Shown here piece by piece: positions 63,856 to 64,000 of a stretch of DNA of 64,000 nt. This DNA comes from Octopus vulgaris (Eukaryota), in NCBI GenBank assembly GCA_951406725.2, contig OX597823.1, positions 48,918,001-48,982,000 on the forward strand, in the 5' to 3' direction. Positions within the stretch are counted from its first letter, which is position 1. The number at the start of each line of letters is the position of its first letter. The notes under the pieces were generated by a model. That model made no database searches, was not told where the DNA came from, and was given only the letters and a program-made list of their open reading frames with translations. The position numbers and the translations under genes are program-made.

Positions 63856-64000
63856 CGAGGTAGTATCAAAATTTTCCCTGATTAGTTATGTAGTGTGTCA
63901 ACAGATGGCAGCACACAGTTGCATGTGCAGTGAGAGCCAACAGTCACCTTTGTGAGGTAGTGTGTTGAGTGCCATTGTTGTGTTTACTTTGCATGTTGTG
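63856..64000 (+). mobile_element. 5' end of mariner, same family as 3055-3939 (runs off window)
   Basis: CGAGGTAGTATCAAAATTTTCCCTGATTAGTT...GTGTTTACTTTG matches 3055-3190. Confidence 0.85.

Overview
AT-rich, CpG-poor animal genomic DNA, almost entirely repetitive and non-coding. The SINE families and dense (TA)n/(CA)n/(CAT)n microsatellites suggest an octopus or other coleoid cephalopod (inference). No intact host gene was found. The window holds four recurrent SINE or retro-tail families, decayed mariner and maT transposons, MITEs, 5'-truncated CR1-like and RTE LINEs, an OTU-protease-bearing Helitron fragment and Penelope-like elements (PLEs, GIY-YIG). The strongest unexplained signal is about a dozen hammerhead-ribozyme (HHR)-like motifs (CUGANGA..stem II..GAAA-palindromic stem III-NUH). 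They belong to roughly 10 mutually unrelated short elements, mostly bounded by (TA)n and often folded back by a partial inverted copy of their own 3' end. The two GIY-YIG PLE copies share this architecture. At about 31-36.2 kb, five retroelements are stacked with a (TA)n tract at every junction. All structures were read by eye and coordinates of old repeats are approximate.
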